64,000 nucleotides of DNA from a virus. Taxonomy: Duplodnaviria > Caudoviricetes. Below are positions 1-7,881 of this stretch, one piece after another (position 1 is the first letter of the stretch; each line of letters starts with the position of its first letter). The notes under the pieces were generated by a model. The model was given only the letters and a program-made list of their open reading frames with translations. It was not told the origin of the DNA and made no database searches. Where the stretch lies: IMG/VR virus record IMGVR_UViG_3300014697_000001, positions 64,001 through 128,000 of that record; one strand, given 5' to 3'. The position numbers and the translations under genes are program-made.

Positions 1-119
1 TAACGAGCGGTGAACCTGGCCGTGAGATCCATGAGTTCTCCATGAACTACTACGCCAAACCTGAAATGGAAAAGGTGGTAGAAAGCCTGTCGCATAAGCT
101 GGCTCATCACGCATCGTAA
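1..119 (+). CDS. 3' end of a gene entering the window (partial)
   Basis: Open frame from position 3 (TSGEPGREIHEFSMNYY...HHAS) to TAA at 117-119, followed at once by a hairpin. Confidence 0.6.
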   Translation, partial: TSGEPGREIHEFSMNYYAKPEMEKVVESLSHKLAHHAS

Positions 120-122
120 CGA

Positions 123-152
123 CATAGAGGAGGGCGTGTGCCCTCCTCTATG
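123..152 (+). terminator. CATAGAG...CTCTATG family hairpin
   Basis: 13-bp stem catagaggagggc/gccctcctctatg; near-identical copy at 52464-52495. Confidence 0.7.
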
Positions 153-172
153 CTGACTTTAAAGGATTCGCT

Positions 173-688
173 ATGAAAATTACGTTGGTATATGCCCAGA
201 CTAAAGACTGCGCCATCGGATACAATGGGAATAAACCCCTACCGTGGAACTACCCCGAAGACCTGACTCACTTTGTCCAAGTCACACGGGGAAAACCCAT
301 GATCATGGGCATGTCGACCTTCGAATCGCTGCCAGGTCTTTTACCTGGCCGGTTCCATCATGTACTTACCCGCAAGAAGTCTTTTCTTTCGTTGGGTCGT
401 ACAGATAGGGTTATGTTCCATGCCTCTCTCGATGACGCCCTGAATGTGTGTCTGGAGGACATGGCCGAAGAAGTCTGTTTGATCGGAGGGGCTTCAGTCA
501 TCACAGAAGGGATGGGAGCGGCTGACACTATTCATCTGACAGTGATTCTGAACAAAACCCTCGAAGGAGACCTGGCCGTTGTTCCTGAAATACCCGGTGA
601 GTTTGAATGTGTCAATGTCCTGGCTTGCCCCACCAATCCCGACCTTGTTTTCCAGACATTTAAGCGAATCCCCCACTGGTCACCTTAA
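173..688 (+). CDS. folA: dihydrofolate reductase
   Basis: AIG..N.PLPW..PEDL.HF...T.GKP.IMG..TFESLP..LPGR...VLTR and IGGA motifs. Confidence 0.95.
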   Translation: MKITLVYAQTKDCAIGYNGNKPLPWNYPEDLTHFVQVTRGKPMIMGMSTFESLPGLLPGRFHHVLTRKKSFLSLGRTDRVMFHASLDDALNVCLEDMAEEVCLIGGASVITEGMGAADTIHLTVILNKTLEGDLAVVPEIPGEFECVNVLACPTNPDLVFQTFKRIPHWSP

Positions 689-726
689 TGCAGTTTATCC
701 TATGACTTCATTAACCAAATATAGGA

Positions 727-1008
727 ATGGTTATGGCCAGCGTGCCCCAGTTAACCACATCCCTTCGTAATCTACTGCAATCCATCCACAACACAATTGC
801 TGGTAAATTGGATGCAGCCGGTACGGCGGCGAATGCCTCTAAACTCGATGGCTCCACCAAAATCCAGATTCAGCAAGAAGTGGTCAGCAGTAATCTGGGG
901 CACGTTTCAGGCCGCATCTACAAGAATACAGAAGGTCCTGGGTTTGAAGCACTTTATCTGGACCATGACGGTACATTCCTGACACTGGGCAATGCTGGCA
1001 TAATGTAA
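727..1008 (+). CDS. small virion/fibre-associated protein
   Basis: KLDAAGTAANASKLDGST motif shared with fibre proteins at 19760-21709. Confidence 0.6.
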   Translation: MVMASVPQLTTSLRNLLQSIHNTIAGKLDAAGTAANASKLDGSTKIQIQQEVVSSNLGHVSGRIYKNTEGPGFEALYLDHDGTFLTLGNAGIM

Positions 1009-1138
1009 TCTAAACCAACAGTATGTCGAAGTATGCTCAAAATTTCCATGACACTCTATTGCAAAGAGCAAGCTACACTTAAAATAATAGCCCTGCAATG
1101 TGTTGTCAGTAGTTGGAAACACAACAGGAACAGCTTTC

Positions 1139-1621
1139 ATGTCCAAGGGTAAATATGTAATACCGGTGATCCTAGGTCAGCGCGGTCGAGAATTGTTTTT
1201 TGTCAAGGGGGACATTCCTCGCGACCGCAACCTGATCCTGGTTCGAAAGTTCGGTGAGAGGGGACTCACCGACAAAGACATCCGTCATCTCGATAAACTG
1301 CTGGAAGGTCAACACAGCGACATTCCGCGGCCGAATCGGGTCAAAGAGCTTGAGCATATCTGCGCTCAGTCAATAGGTCTGATCAGTGAACGTGAAGCCA
1401 CCTTGGTTCATGGCTACGTCACCAATGTTCTTCCCGGTGCCTTCAAGGCTCCTGAGTTGAGCAACTGGTACATCTTCGAGCGACCAAGTGAAATCATCCC
1501 GCTCAAGTTGGCACGCTTCTCGATCAACCTGCTCGAGCGCACTGAACGATCTGCGTTGGTCGAGGCCTTGAATATCATCAAGGTCCCGTCCACTCACACC
1601 GATTTCAGCGACTATCGGTGA
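1139..1621 (+). CDS. hypothetical protein
   Basis: AGGA RBS before ATG 1139; ends before hairpin 1630-1660. Confidence 0.7.
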   Translation: MSKGKYVIPVILGQRGRELFFVKGDIPRDRNLILVRKFGERGLTDKDIRHLDKLLEGQHSDIPRPNRVKELEHICAQSIGLISEREATLVHGYVTNVLPGAFKAPELSNWYIFERPSEIIPLKLARFSINLLERTERSALVEALNIIKVPSTHTDFSDYR

Positions 1622-1819
1622 CCGTAATTCGGCGTCCTGCGGGGCGCCGTTTTATGCCGCATGTCAAAATAGGAGACGTTATGACTGCATCAACCCCCAC
1701 GATGAAGTGGAGGCTAGGGTCTTTAAAGTCGAACAGATAACGGTCATTCGCGAGTACATGCTTTAATCCGTCAAAGAAAACGAATACACCATCATGTATG
1801 TTTAGTCAAGGAGTGTAAC

Positions 1820-2626
1820 ATGTCAGATTACCACGGAGCCGCCACTCGTTCGATAGACCCTGATACCTTCGCGCATTACGACGGCGAGACATGGTGGCGT
1901 CAGCTACGAGATGCGGTGATCAACGAAGAGAACTCTCGGGCACTGTGTCTGATCGACAGCCTGCCTCAGAGTCTGAAGTACCTCAAGCATGTGGGTCAGA
2001 CCCACGTGATTGTTGAGCATCCGGACCACATGACCGAAGACATGGTCGATGCCACCCGCAGTCTGCTGCTTTACACCGATACTTTCAGTACGCATGACGC
2101 GGCGCACATCCGTGAATTGCTCAGCATGCGCGGTTGGACCAAGCGTCATCTACCTGAGTGGTTCCAGACCTACGAAGGACATCTGACCAAAGCTGCTCGT
2201 GCGTCACTGGCGTATCACCTGACCATCATGGCGGCGATTGACCCACCTAAACCTGAAGAGCGGCACTTCCCCAAGGCCAGCACGAAGAAACCGCGACCGG
2301 GCGAGCAGCGCCTGTGGATCACTATCCGTGACACCAACAGCACCAAGGAACTGTGTTTCGGATGGGCCTATGAAACCAGCATCCTCTCCAACAAAGCTGA
2401 GGTACTGGATGTTCAGATCAACCGTCATCAACTGCCTGAAGACTGGCGGCATTACTTCAAGAAGCAGGCCATCGATGTCAGCGCTCGTGTCAGCAAAGGC
2501 GAGGACAATCTCTACCGCATCGAGCACCATAAAGCGCGCATGGGTGTCAAAGATGGATTCGCCCAGTGGCTGGAGATCGAAATCGACGATGGGGTCGAAC
2601 GTTATAAACGGGAGAGTAACCAATGA
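1820..2626 (+). CDS. hypothetical protein
   Basis: AAGGAG RBS, 268-aa ORF with phage-typical codon use. Confidence 0.8.
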   Translation: MSDYHGAATRSIDPDTFAHYDGETWWRQLRDAVINEENSRALCLIDSLPQSLKYLKHVGQTHVIVEHPDHMTEDMVDATRSLLLYTDTFSTHDAAHIRELLSMRGWTKRHLPEWFQTYEGHLTKAARASLAYHLTIMAAIDPPKPEERHFPKASTKKPRPGEQRLWITIRDTNSTKELCFGWAYETSILSNKAEVLDVQINRHQLPEDWRHYFKKQAIDVSARVSKGEDNLYRIEHHKARMGVKDGFAQWLEIEIDDGVERYKRESNQ

Positions 2627-2901
2627 GCCGTAAGCTGGGTAAGAAACATCCTCAATACGTCGGTACGAAAGGACTGGAGCGTCTGAAACGTGAACGATAC
2701 TACTGGAACCATAAGCGTCGGCTATGGGATACGTACATAGTGCAGAACCTTCTGACCCATAATAGCTTGCGTGATGTCTACTGGAACCCACAATGTGGGG
2801 TGGCGTGCTCCAAGGGTATTTTTAAGACGCTGACTCCAGCCAAGCAAAAGCACTACGCTAAACTGGAACGCTATTACTACCGCGCCAGTACCGGCCGTTA
2901 G
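2623..2901 (+). CDS. small basic hypothetical protein
   Basis: ATGA overlap with upstream gene; K/R/Y/W rich. Confidence 0.7.
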   Translation: MSRKLGKKHPQYVGTKGLERLKRERYYWNHKRRLWDTYIVQNLLTHNSLRDVYWNPQCGVACSKGIFKTLTPAKQKHYAKLERYYYRASTGR

Positions 2902-2957
2902 AAGTCCCCCCATGTCGTAACCACCATCATTTAACATCACCACCAAGGAGTGCTCCA

Positions 2958-4034
2958 ATGAGCCAGCATCAAGAACTGAAGCAGTACAACCGCACCAAGC
3001 GCGATGAGATGACTTTCGGCGTGTTGCCCGAGTACGTCCCCGCCAACCTGGTCGGTGAAGATGGTATCGGTGCCCGTATGTACGACTCCAATGAGATCCA
3101 CAATCTCATGATGGAAATGGATGCAGGTTTTGTCGGCATGCGTCGCAGCCTGATCGACAAACTGGAGAACGTCCAGCAACTGATCCTCTACACCGTGGCC
3201 GGTCAGATTGACAAACACGGCGTGCTGCGTTTCGCCACCTATCAGCGTGCCGCTGGTGCCGATGCTCGTCTTAAAGACGGTTTCTCCATCGGCTTCGGTG
3301 GTCATGTGGAAATCCCAGATCTCTTCGGTCAGTACAACATCACGCCCAATGGCGAATACGTTGAAATCGCCGAAGTGCCGTCGAGCTTCTATTCCACCCT
3401 TCGTTCAGGTATTCGCGAGCTGCAAGAGGAGGTGGTATTCTTTACGGCGGGTGATGTGGAGACCCCGTACAGCGAAAAAGAGATGCTGACAAACCTGGCG
3501 CGTGGCTTTGGTCTGGACGTCGAACTGGAACACATCGAGGTCGATGGCGAATTCACGGCTGAATTGCGTGAAGGTGCCATGGTGGTCACACCGCCTGCCG
3601 TTATCTCCCGCGATGCCGAAGCAGGCAAAGCATACATCTACACCATCCGTGAAGGCGCTACCCTGGCCGAAGTGTATGGGATGTTCACCGGCCAAGAACC
3701 GATCAATAAGGTTGAACCGCTGGATCTGGGTGCCAACGTGGTCCCCTTTGGCTTCGTCTGTGACCGCGACATGAGCAAGCCTGGATTCGTGGGCAATACC
3801 CATCTGGGCGTGCTGGCAATGTTCCGGGTAGATGCTAACGTCGACTTCAAGGTCCTTGAAGACAAGTACACCACGATTGGTTGGAAGACCAAGGATGAGC
3901 TGCGTGAGATGAAGGCACGCTGTGAGCCCTGGACCCAGTACGTGATCGAGCATCTGGATGCCATGGAAGCTCGTCTGATCGAAGATTGCAAGATCGATGC
4001 GCGTACCCAAGAGCTGGAAGCTAACTTTCAGTAA
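2958..4034 (+). CDS. Nudix-family phosphoesterase (COG4112-like)
   Basis: QLILY, YQR, D-ARL...SIGFGGHVE, GIRELQEEV Nudix box, VGNTHLGV, EPWT motifs. Confidence 0.8.
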   Translation: MSQHQELKQYNRTKRDEMTFGVLPEYVPANLVGEDGIGARMYDSNEIHNLMMEMDAGFVGMRRSLIDKLENVQQLILYTVAGQIDKHGVLRFATYQRAAGADARLKDGFSIGFGGHVEIPDLFGQYNITPNGEYVEIAEVPSSFYSTLRSGIRELQEEVVFFTAGDVETPYSEKEMLTNLARGFGLDVELEHIEVDGEFTAELREGAMVVTPPAVISRDAEAGKAYIYTIREGATLAEVYGMFTGQEPINKVEPLDLGANVVPFGFVCDRDMSKPGFVGNTHLGVLAMFRVDANVDFKVLEDKYTTIGWKTKDELREMKARCEPWTQYVIEHLDAMEARLIEDCKIDARTQELEANFQ

Positions 4035-4077
4035 TCTAAGTACTTGAAGTAGTTAGTTTTTACTGGCTAGATTATCT

Positions 4078-4925
4078 ATATGTAGTAGCACTGTGACAGC
4101 ATTTAAGGAATTGAATGTTTCTGACACTCTCGCCATTACTGTCGATGTTTAGACCAGGTGCTCTGTGGCTGGCTCAACGGGTGATGAAGGCCTTACCGCC
4201 CACTTATCACTCGTTGGACCGCGGTCATAGAAGTCCTCGGGTCAAGGCAAGAGACGGTTTCTCGCAGATGGCGCGCACCTCATGCCGTTGGAGCATGGTA
4301 GGGTGGCGACCAGAACGCACCTTGAACTTAACTGACAGGATCTGGGCACTGTCCAAATGCCCCACTAAAAATTCCCTCCAAGGAGGACGATATCGTCACA
4401 CGCGGACCAGTCTTGGTATTGGTCTTCTTACTAGGACACTTGATGGGATATTCCGGCCAGATAACAGCCGGATGGTTTTCCAGTGAGCAACACTTTAGTG
4501 CACCAAACAACTCATTCTATCTCGAGACCCCGGCCATTGTGCTGGTTAAGGCAGTATTACCATACTACCATGAGATTGAACTGTACGTTGGAATTGATCG
4601 CGGTGAAGCTCCAAGTAAAGTAGTAAGTGGGCAGGTATTGAAGACGGCTCGATCTGTCGAATTGCACGGGTACTGTGGGTCCCGTAAGCATTTCTAGGTC
4701 GAGTAGCATAATTGGGCTACCACCACACTCCTCACCGATTAAGTTCGGCCATTGATGATCAGCGGATCATCCAAGTCCTACCACCCGTAGGCACCGGTAG
4801 CAAAGGTTACGGAGAAGACGGCAATGTACACAGCTCAGGTAGCCCCTGAGTGGAACCTGAGCGTTCCTTCAATTGTGGTACACCCGAGCTTCTCCAATAC
4901 TTTCCTTTATTTTTTTGTTTTCTGT
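4078..4925 (+). ncRNA. candidate large structured ncRNA (about 840 nt)
   Basis: No credible CDS; many stems with G-U pairs on + strand (4175-4187/4204-4216, 4754-4760/4765-4771, 4811-4817/4889-4895); TATGT start and T-rich end. Confidence 0.65.
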
Positions 4926-4960
4926 AATTGTGTGTCTCTTTTCTATCGAGTGCACTCACC

Positions 4961-5254
4961 ATGATGGTTTCTGTTTCTCCTGCTAATCGAGTGGCGCCCG
5001 GTCACCTCGACAACCGTGAACGCTGGGTGGCTGCCCGCGTAACCGCCTCCCACCTCAACACCTTCTTGAAGCTGATCAAGAACGCCGATCCTGAGATGTA
5101 CAGTGGTGATGAATTTGAATCGGCCAAGCACCTGATGACCCACTTCCAATCCGCCTGCGGTGTATTTATCGACGCTCTACATACCGCAACCAGTGTCGAC
5201 CAACTCATTGAGATCAACGATGAGTTCTACAAAATGGCCTGCGCCAAGTCCTGA
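4961..5254 (+). CDS. hypothetical protein
   Basis: 97-aa ORF followed by hairpin 5258-5290. Confidence 0.7.
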   Translation: MMVSVSPANRVAPGHLDNRERWVAARVTASHLNTFLKLIKNADPEMYSGDEFESAKHLMTHFQSACGVFIDALHTATSVDQLIEINDEFYKMACAKS

Positions 5255-5297
5255 CACAGAGCCTGGGGAGTTCCCCAGGCTCTTTATGCGATTCGAC

Positions 5298-5327
5298 TTT
5301 TTTTCAACCATACATGATAGCGATGAA
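5298..5327 (+). promoter_or_regulatory. putative early (virion RNAP) promoter
   Basis: TTTTTTTCAACCATACATGATAGCGATGAA; motif recurs at 9263, 26295, 36986, 54207, 55053, 55342. Confidence 0.65.
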
Positions 5328-5359
5328 TACCCTACCCAGATCTTAAGGAGATCAGTACA

Positions 5360-5527
5360 ATGAAAGCATTACTCACCGTAGTTGCGATTGTAGGTGTTTC
5401 GGCAATCTACGCCTGGAACTGTAAGGACGTCAAAGAAGTCCGCCGCCAAACAGCAGAGCTTAAGAAACGCAACGAACATGACATCGCTGAGCTGGCTAAA
5501 GTCGGCATCCATATCAAGAATTCCTAA
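5360..5527 (+). CDS. 55-aa membrane microprotein (not in ORF track)
   Basis: TCTTAAGGAG RBS; MKALLTVVAIVGVSAIYAWNCKDVKEVRRQTAELKKRNEHDIAELAKVGIHIKNS. Confidence 0.75.
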   Translation: MKALLTVVAIVGVSAIYAWNCKDVKEVRRQTAELKKRNEHDIAELAKVGIHIKNS

Positions 5528-5554
5528 CCCCCCTGTTCTTAAGGAGAACACACC

Positions 5555-6238
5555 ATGACTAAGAATATCGCAATCGGCAGCGCCATCGTTGTAGGTCTGG
5601 CAGCAGTTGCAGGCCTTGGCTGGAAGACCCTCAAGGCCCGTAAGGCTTCTAAGGTCACTGCAGCACCGTCCCCATCGGTTACCACTGTCAACACTTCCCC
5701 GAAGGAAGCTGTGGCAACCGGTGAACAGGAGAAGGTCAAATCCACCCTGTCCATTGTCAAACCTGTTGTAGCCGAACCTGTCGCTGCAGAAGAAGTTAAA
5801 GCAGTGGTTCAGGATGATGCCGTCTCCAGTGTCACAGGCACAGACGGTGAAACCATCGCTGCAGTATCTCGCATCCGGGTACCTGAAGCATCCGAAGAAC
5901 CTGCGGTCGACACCACGCCGGCGTTCTGGAGTTTCTTCTACCGCAACATCCGTCGGGAGGAGGTTGTTAACCTGACTGCACAGGACTTCACCAGCAGCAC
6001 CAAGCCCACCCTGGCTAAGGGGTATCACAAGGCCCATATCGAAGGCTTTGATGCCCCGGCTATCGTTCACGTTACCAAAGGCCATGTATCGGCAGTGGTA
6101 CATGTTGGCGGTACTGTGTTCATGGGCTTTAGCACCTCGGGTAGCCGGTTCCCTAAGGCAGTCTCGAGTGAGGCGGATATCGCTGGGACATTCCACCTCG
6201 ATGCCCGCGCCGCTAAGGACTTCCTGAACGGTCGGTGA
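5555..6238 (+). CDS. membrane-anchored early protein
   Basis: TCTTAAGGAG RBS; N-terminal hydrophobic helix followed by K/R, low-complexity linker, globular C-terminus. Confidence 0.8.
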   Translation: MTKNIAIGSAIVVGLAAVAGLGWKTLKARKASKVTAAPSPSVTTVNTSPKEAVATGEQEKVKSTLSIVKPVVAEPVAAEEVKAVVQDDAVSSVTGTDGETIAAVSRIRVPEASEEPAVDTTPAFWSFFYRNIRREEVVNLTAQDFTSSTKPTLAKGYHKAHIEGFDAPAIVHVTKGHVSAVVHVGGTVFMGFSTSGSRFPKAVSSEADIAGTFHLDARAAKDFLNGR

Positions 6239-6240
6239 GA

Positions 6241-6292
6241 CGGCATAGAGAGGGAGCGCAAGCTCCCTCTCTTAGCTGTTTCTTTTTTCTTT
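6241..6292. terminator. hairpin terminator between convergent genes
   Basis: agagagggagc/gctccctctct stem plus T tract; near-duplicate at 11952-12004. Confidence 0.8.
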
Positions 6293-6295
6293 GGT

Positions 6296-6763
6296 TTACC
6301 AGTTCATGGCGGATCTGGCAGAGGAGAGGATGACTTCTTTACGCCCCAGGTATGTCTTAAGATCAACCTGTTTACAATGGTTGATCATGGCGGCTGGAAT
6401 AATCTCCTTTGTCTTATATTCGTGTTTCATGCCATTGTGCAGGTTGTTGACAGCAACCCAGATGTCTTTGTGCCAATCCACCTTATAGAGGTAGACGGTC
6501 AAGGCTTCTATTTCCTTCAGGGTTGGAGGGACATCCTCGAAGATGAACTCCAACGTCCTGCCAGAGGACTTAAAGCGGCTCATGGCGAAGTGTTTCTCCA
6601 CCACCGAGGCTAACCCTTGCGAAATGGCTTCCTCCATCACAGCCGTTGCGTAGAGCCACTCGTTGGATTCGCTCTTATCCCACTCGACTTTAACACCCGT
6701 GTAATGGATACCGGGCTTTAGTTCGGTATGGCGATAACCAGAACCATGGTAAAGATGATGCAT
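6296..6763 (-). CDS. conserved hypothetical, possible ADP-ribosyltransferase-like fold
   Basis: N-terminal LYHGS...LKPG, WLYAT, late HEY. Confidence 0.7.
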   Translation of the reverse strand: MHHLYHGSGYRHTELKPGIHYTGVKVEWDKSESNEWLYATAVMEEAISQGLASVVEKHFAMSRFKSSGRTLEFIFEDVPPTLKEIEALTVYLYKVDWHKDIWVAVNNLHNGMKHEYKTKEIIPAAMINHCKQVDLKTYLGRKEVILSSARSAMNW

Positions 6764-6831
6764 GGTGAATTCCCTTTGTTAAATAAGAAAAAGCTCACCG
6801 ATCCTGTAGAACAGAAACGGACATCGCCCCA

Positions 6832-7362
6832 ATGAAAAAGCTGCTAGTCTTCCGAGAAGGCATGTGCCCAGATTCTCGTGAGGTGGATGATTACCTACAT
6901 GATAGTGAGGTGATCAAGGGTGATTTCATAGACCTCAACCCCGACGACGAGCGTAAATACACGAAGGGTCGAGTGGCCCTCTACGATTCGACCTGGTCGG
7001 TTGTGTTCAAAGACGATCACCTCTATGACCACTGGCACCTGGTGGGTGAAGGCACTCGACTCTATGCCTTCGATGAGGATACCTTTAAGGCCACCAACAC
7101 ATTACTCGAACCTTACCGCGAACACCTCTTACTGACCGCGGTGTTACACAAGAACAATGCAATCACGCTCATCTACCGAGCGGGTAAGGGCATGTCTCAT
7201 CTACTGGACATGCACATGTCATTTATCCTCGACAGTTTTAACGATGGAGCCTACACCTATGTCATTCCTAGTGCAGATGTGGCTGCTGCTGCTTTATCCG
7301 ATTCGAAAGCGAAGGCTGCTCAAGACACTGAGAAGGACGATAAAAGCCACCGTCCTAAATGA
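6832..7362 (+). CDS. hypothetical protein
   Basis: 176-aa ORF divergent from 6763. Confidence 0.7.
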   Translation: MKKLLVFREGMCPDSREVDDYLHDSEVIKGDFIDLNPDDERKYTKGRVALYDSTWSVVFKDDHLYDHWHLVGEGTRLYAFDEDTFKATNTLLEPYREHLLLTAVLHKNNAITLIYRAGKGMSHLLDMHMSFILDSFNDGAYTYVIPSADVAAAALSDSKAKAAQDTEKDDKSHRPK

Positions 7363-7837
7363 GACCACGTATTTTGTCTACATGGACCTGCGGGGTCATT
7401 ACGGTTCATCGTACGCATTCAGTCAATTAAAGCAAGCCACGTACGACATGCTCCTTGACATGTACAGGCGCAAGCACCTACATAACGAGTTTTATCGTCA
7501 GCAGGTGCCGCGCTGGATAGACGAGTGGTTTGAGCGGATGTCTTGTCAAGGCAGTTACGTCTATCAACCCGGTCGGGATAAGCACGTTTACCATCTACCT
7601 AAAGCCCGACCTGCGCGGCGCATTTTTCTGCTGGTGGGTGACACCGTTCTTAATCAGCTGGGCGATACACCGGTTGAACGGTTTGAACTGTCAAACATGC
7701 TCTTCGACATTCTTGGCCGAAAGGCCAGTGAGGATGTAGCCACCGTTGTATTCGCCGACGGTGATCGGATCGTTAATCTATTCAAGTTAAAAACAACTGG
7801 CCAAGTGCCATCATATGACAGACCTAATAACGTCTGA
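7157..7837 (+). CDS. hypothetical protein (true start probably a later Met)
   Basis: Fills gap up to the histone-like gene; overlaps upstream ORF. Confidence 0.6.
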   Translation: MQSRSSTERVRACLIYWTCTCHLSSTVLTMEPTPMSFLVQMWLLLLYPIRKRRLLKTLRRTIKATVLNETTYFVYMDLRGHYGSSYAFSQLKQATYDMLLDMYRRKHLHNEFYRQQVPRWIDEWFERMSCQGSYVYQPGRDKHVYHLPKARPARRIFLLVGDTVLNQLGDTPVERFELSNMLFDILGRKASEDVATVVFADGDRIVNLFKLKTTGQVPSYDRPNNV

Positions 7838-7881
7838 TGGTGTTACAAATCCATTTTAATGCACTGAAGGAAATGTCCAAC

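Noticed and set aside
4115-4697. ORFs 4115-4486 and 4413-4697
   Set aside because: Atypical codon use and composition, overlapping frames, region better explained by RNA stems; not fully excluded because an AAGGA precedes 4115
4078-4925. Group I/II intron, tmRNA or RNase P identity for the long structured region
   Set aside because: Flanking genes are complete and unrelated; no recognisable P7, domain V, tRNA-like ends or P4 consensus by eye
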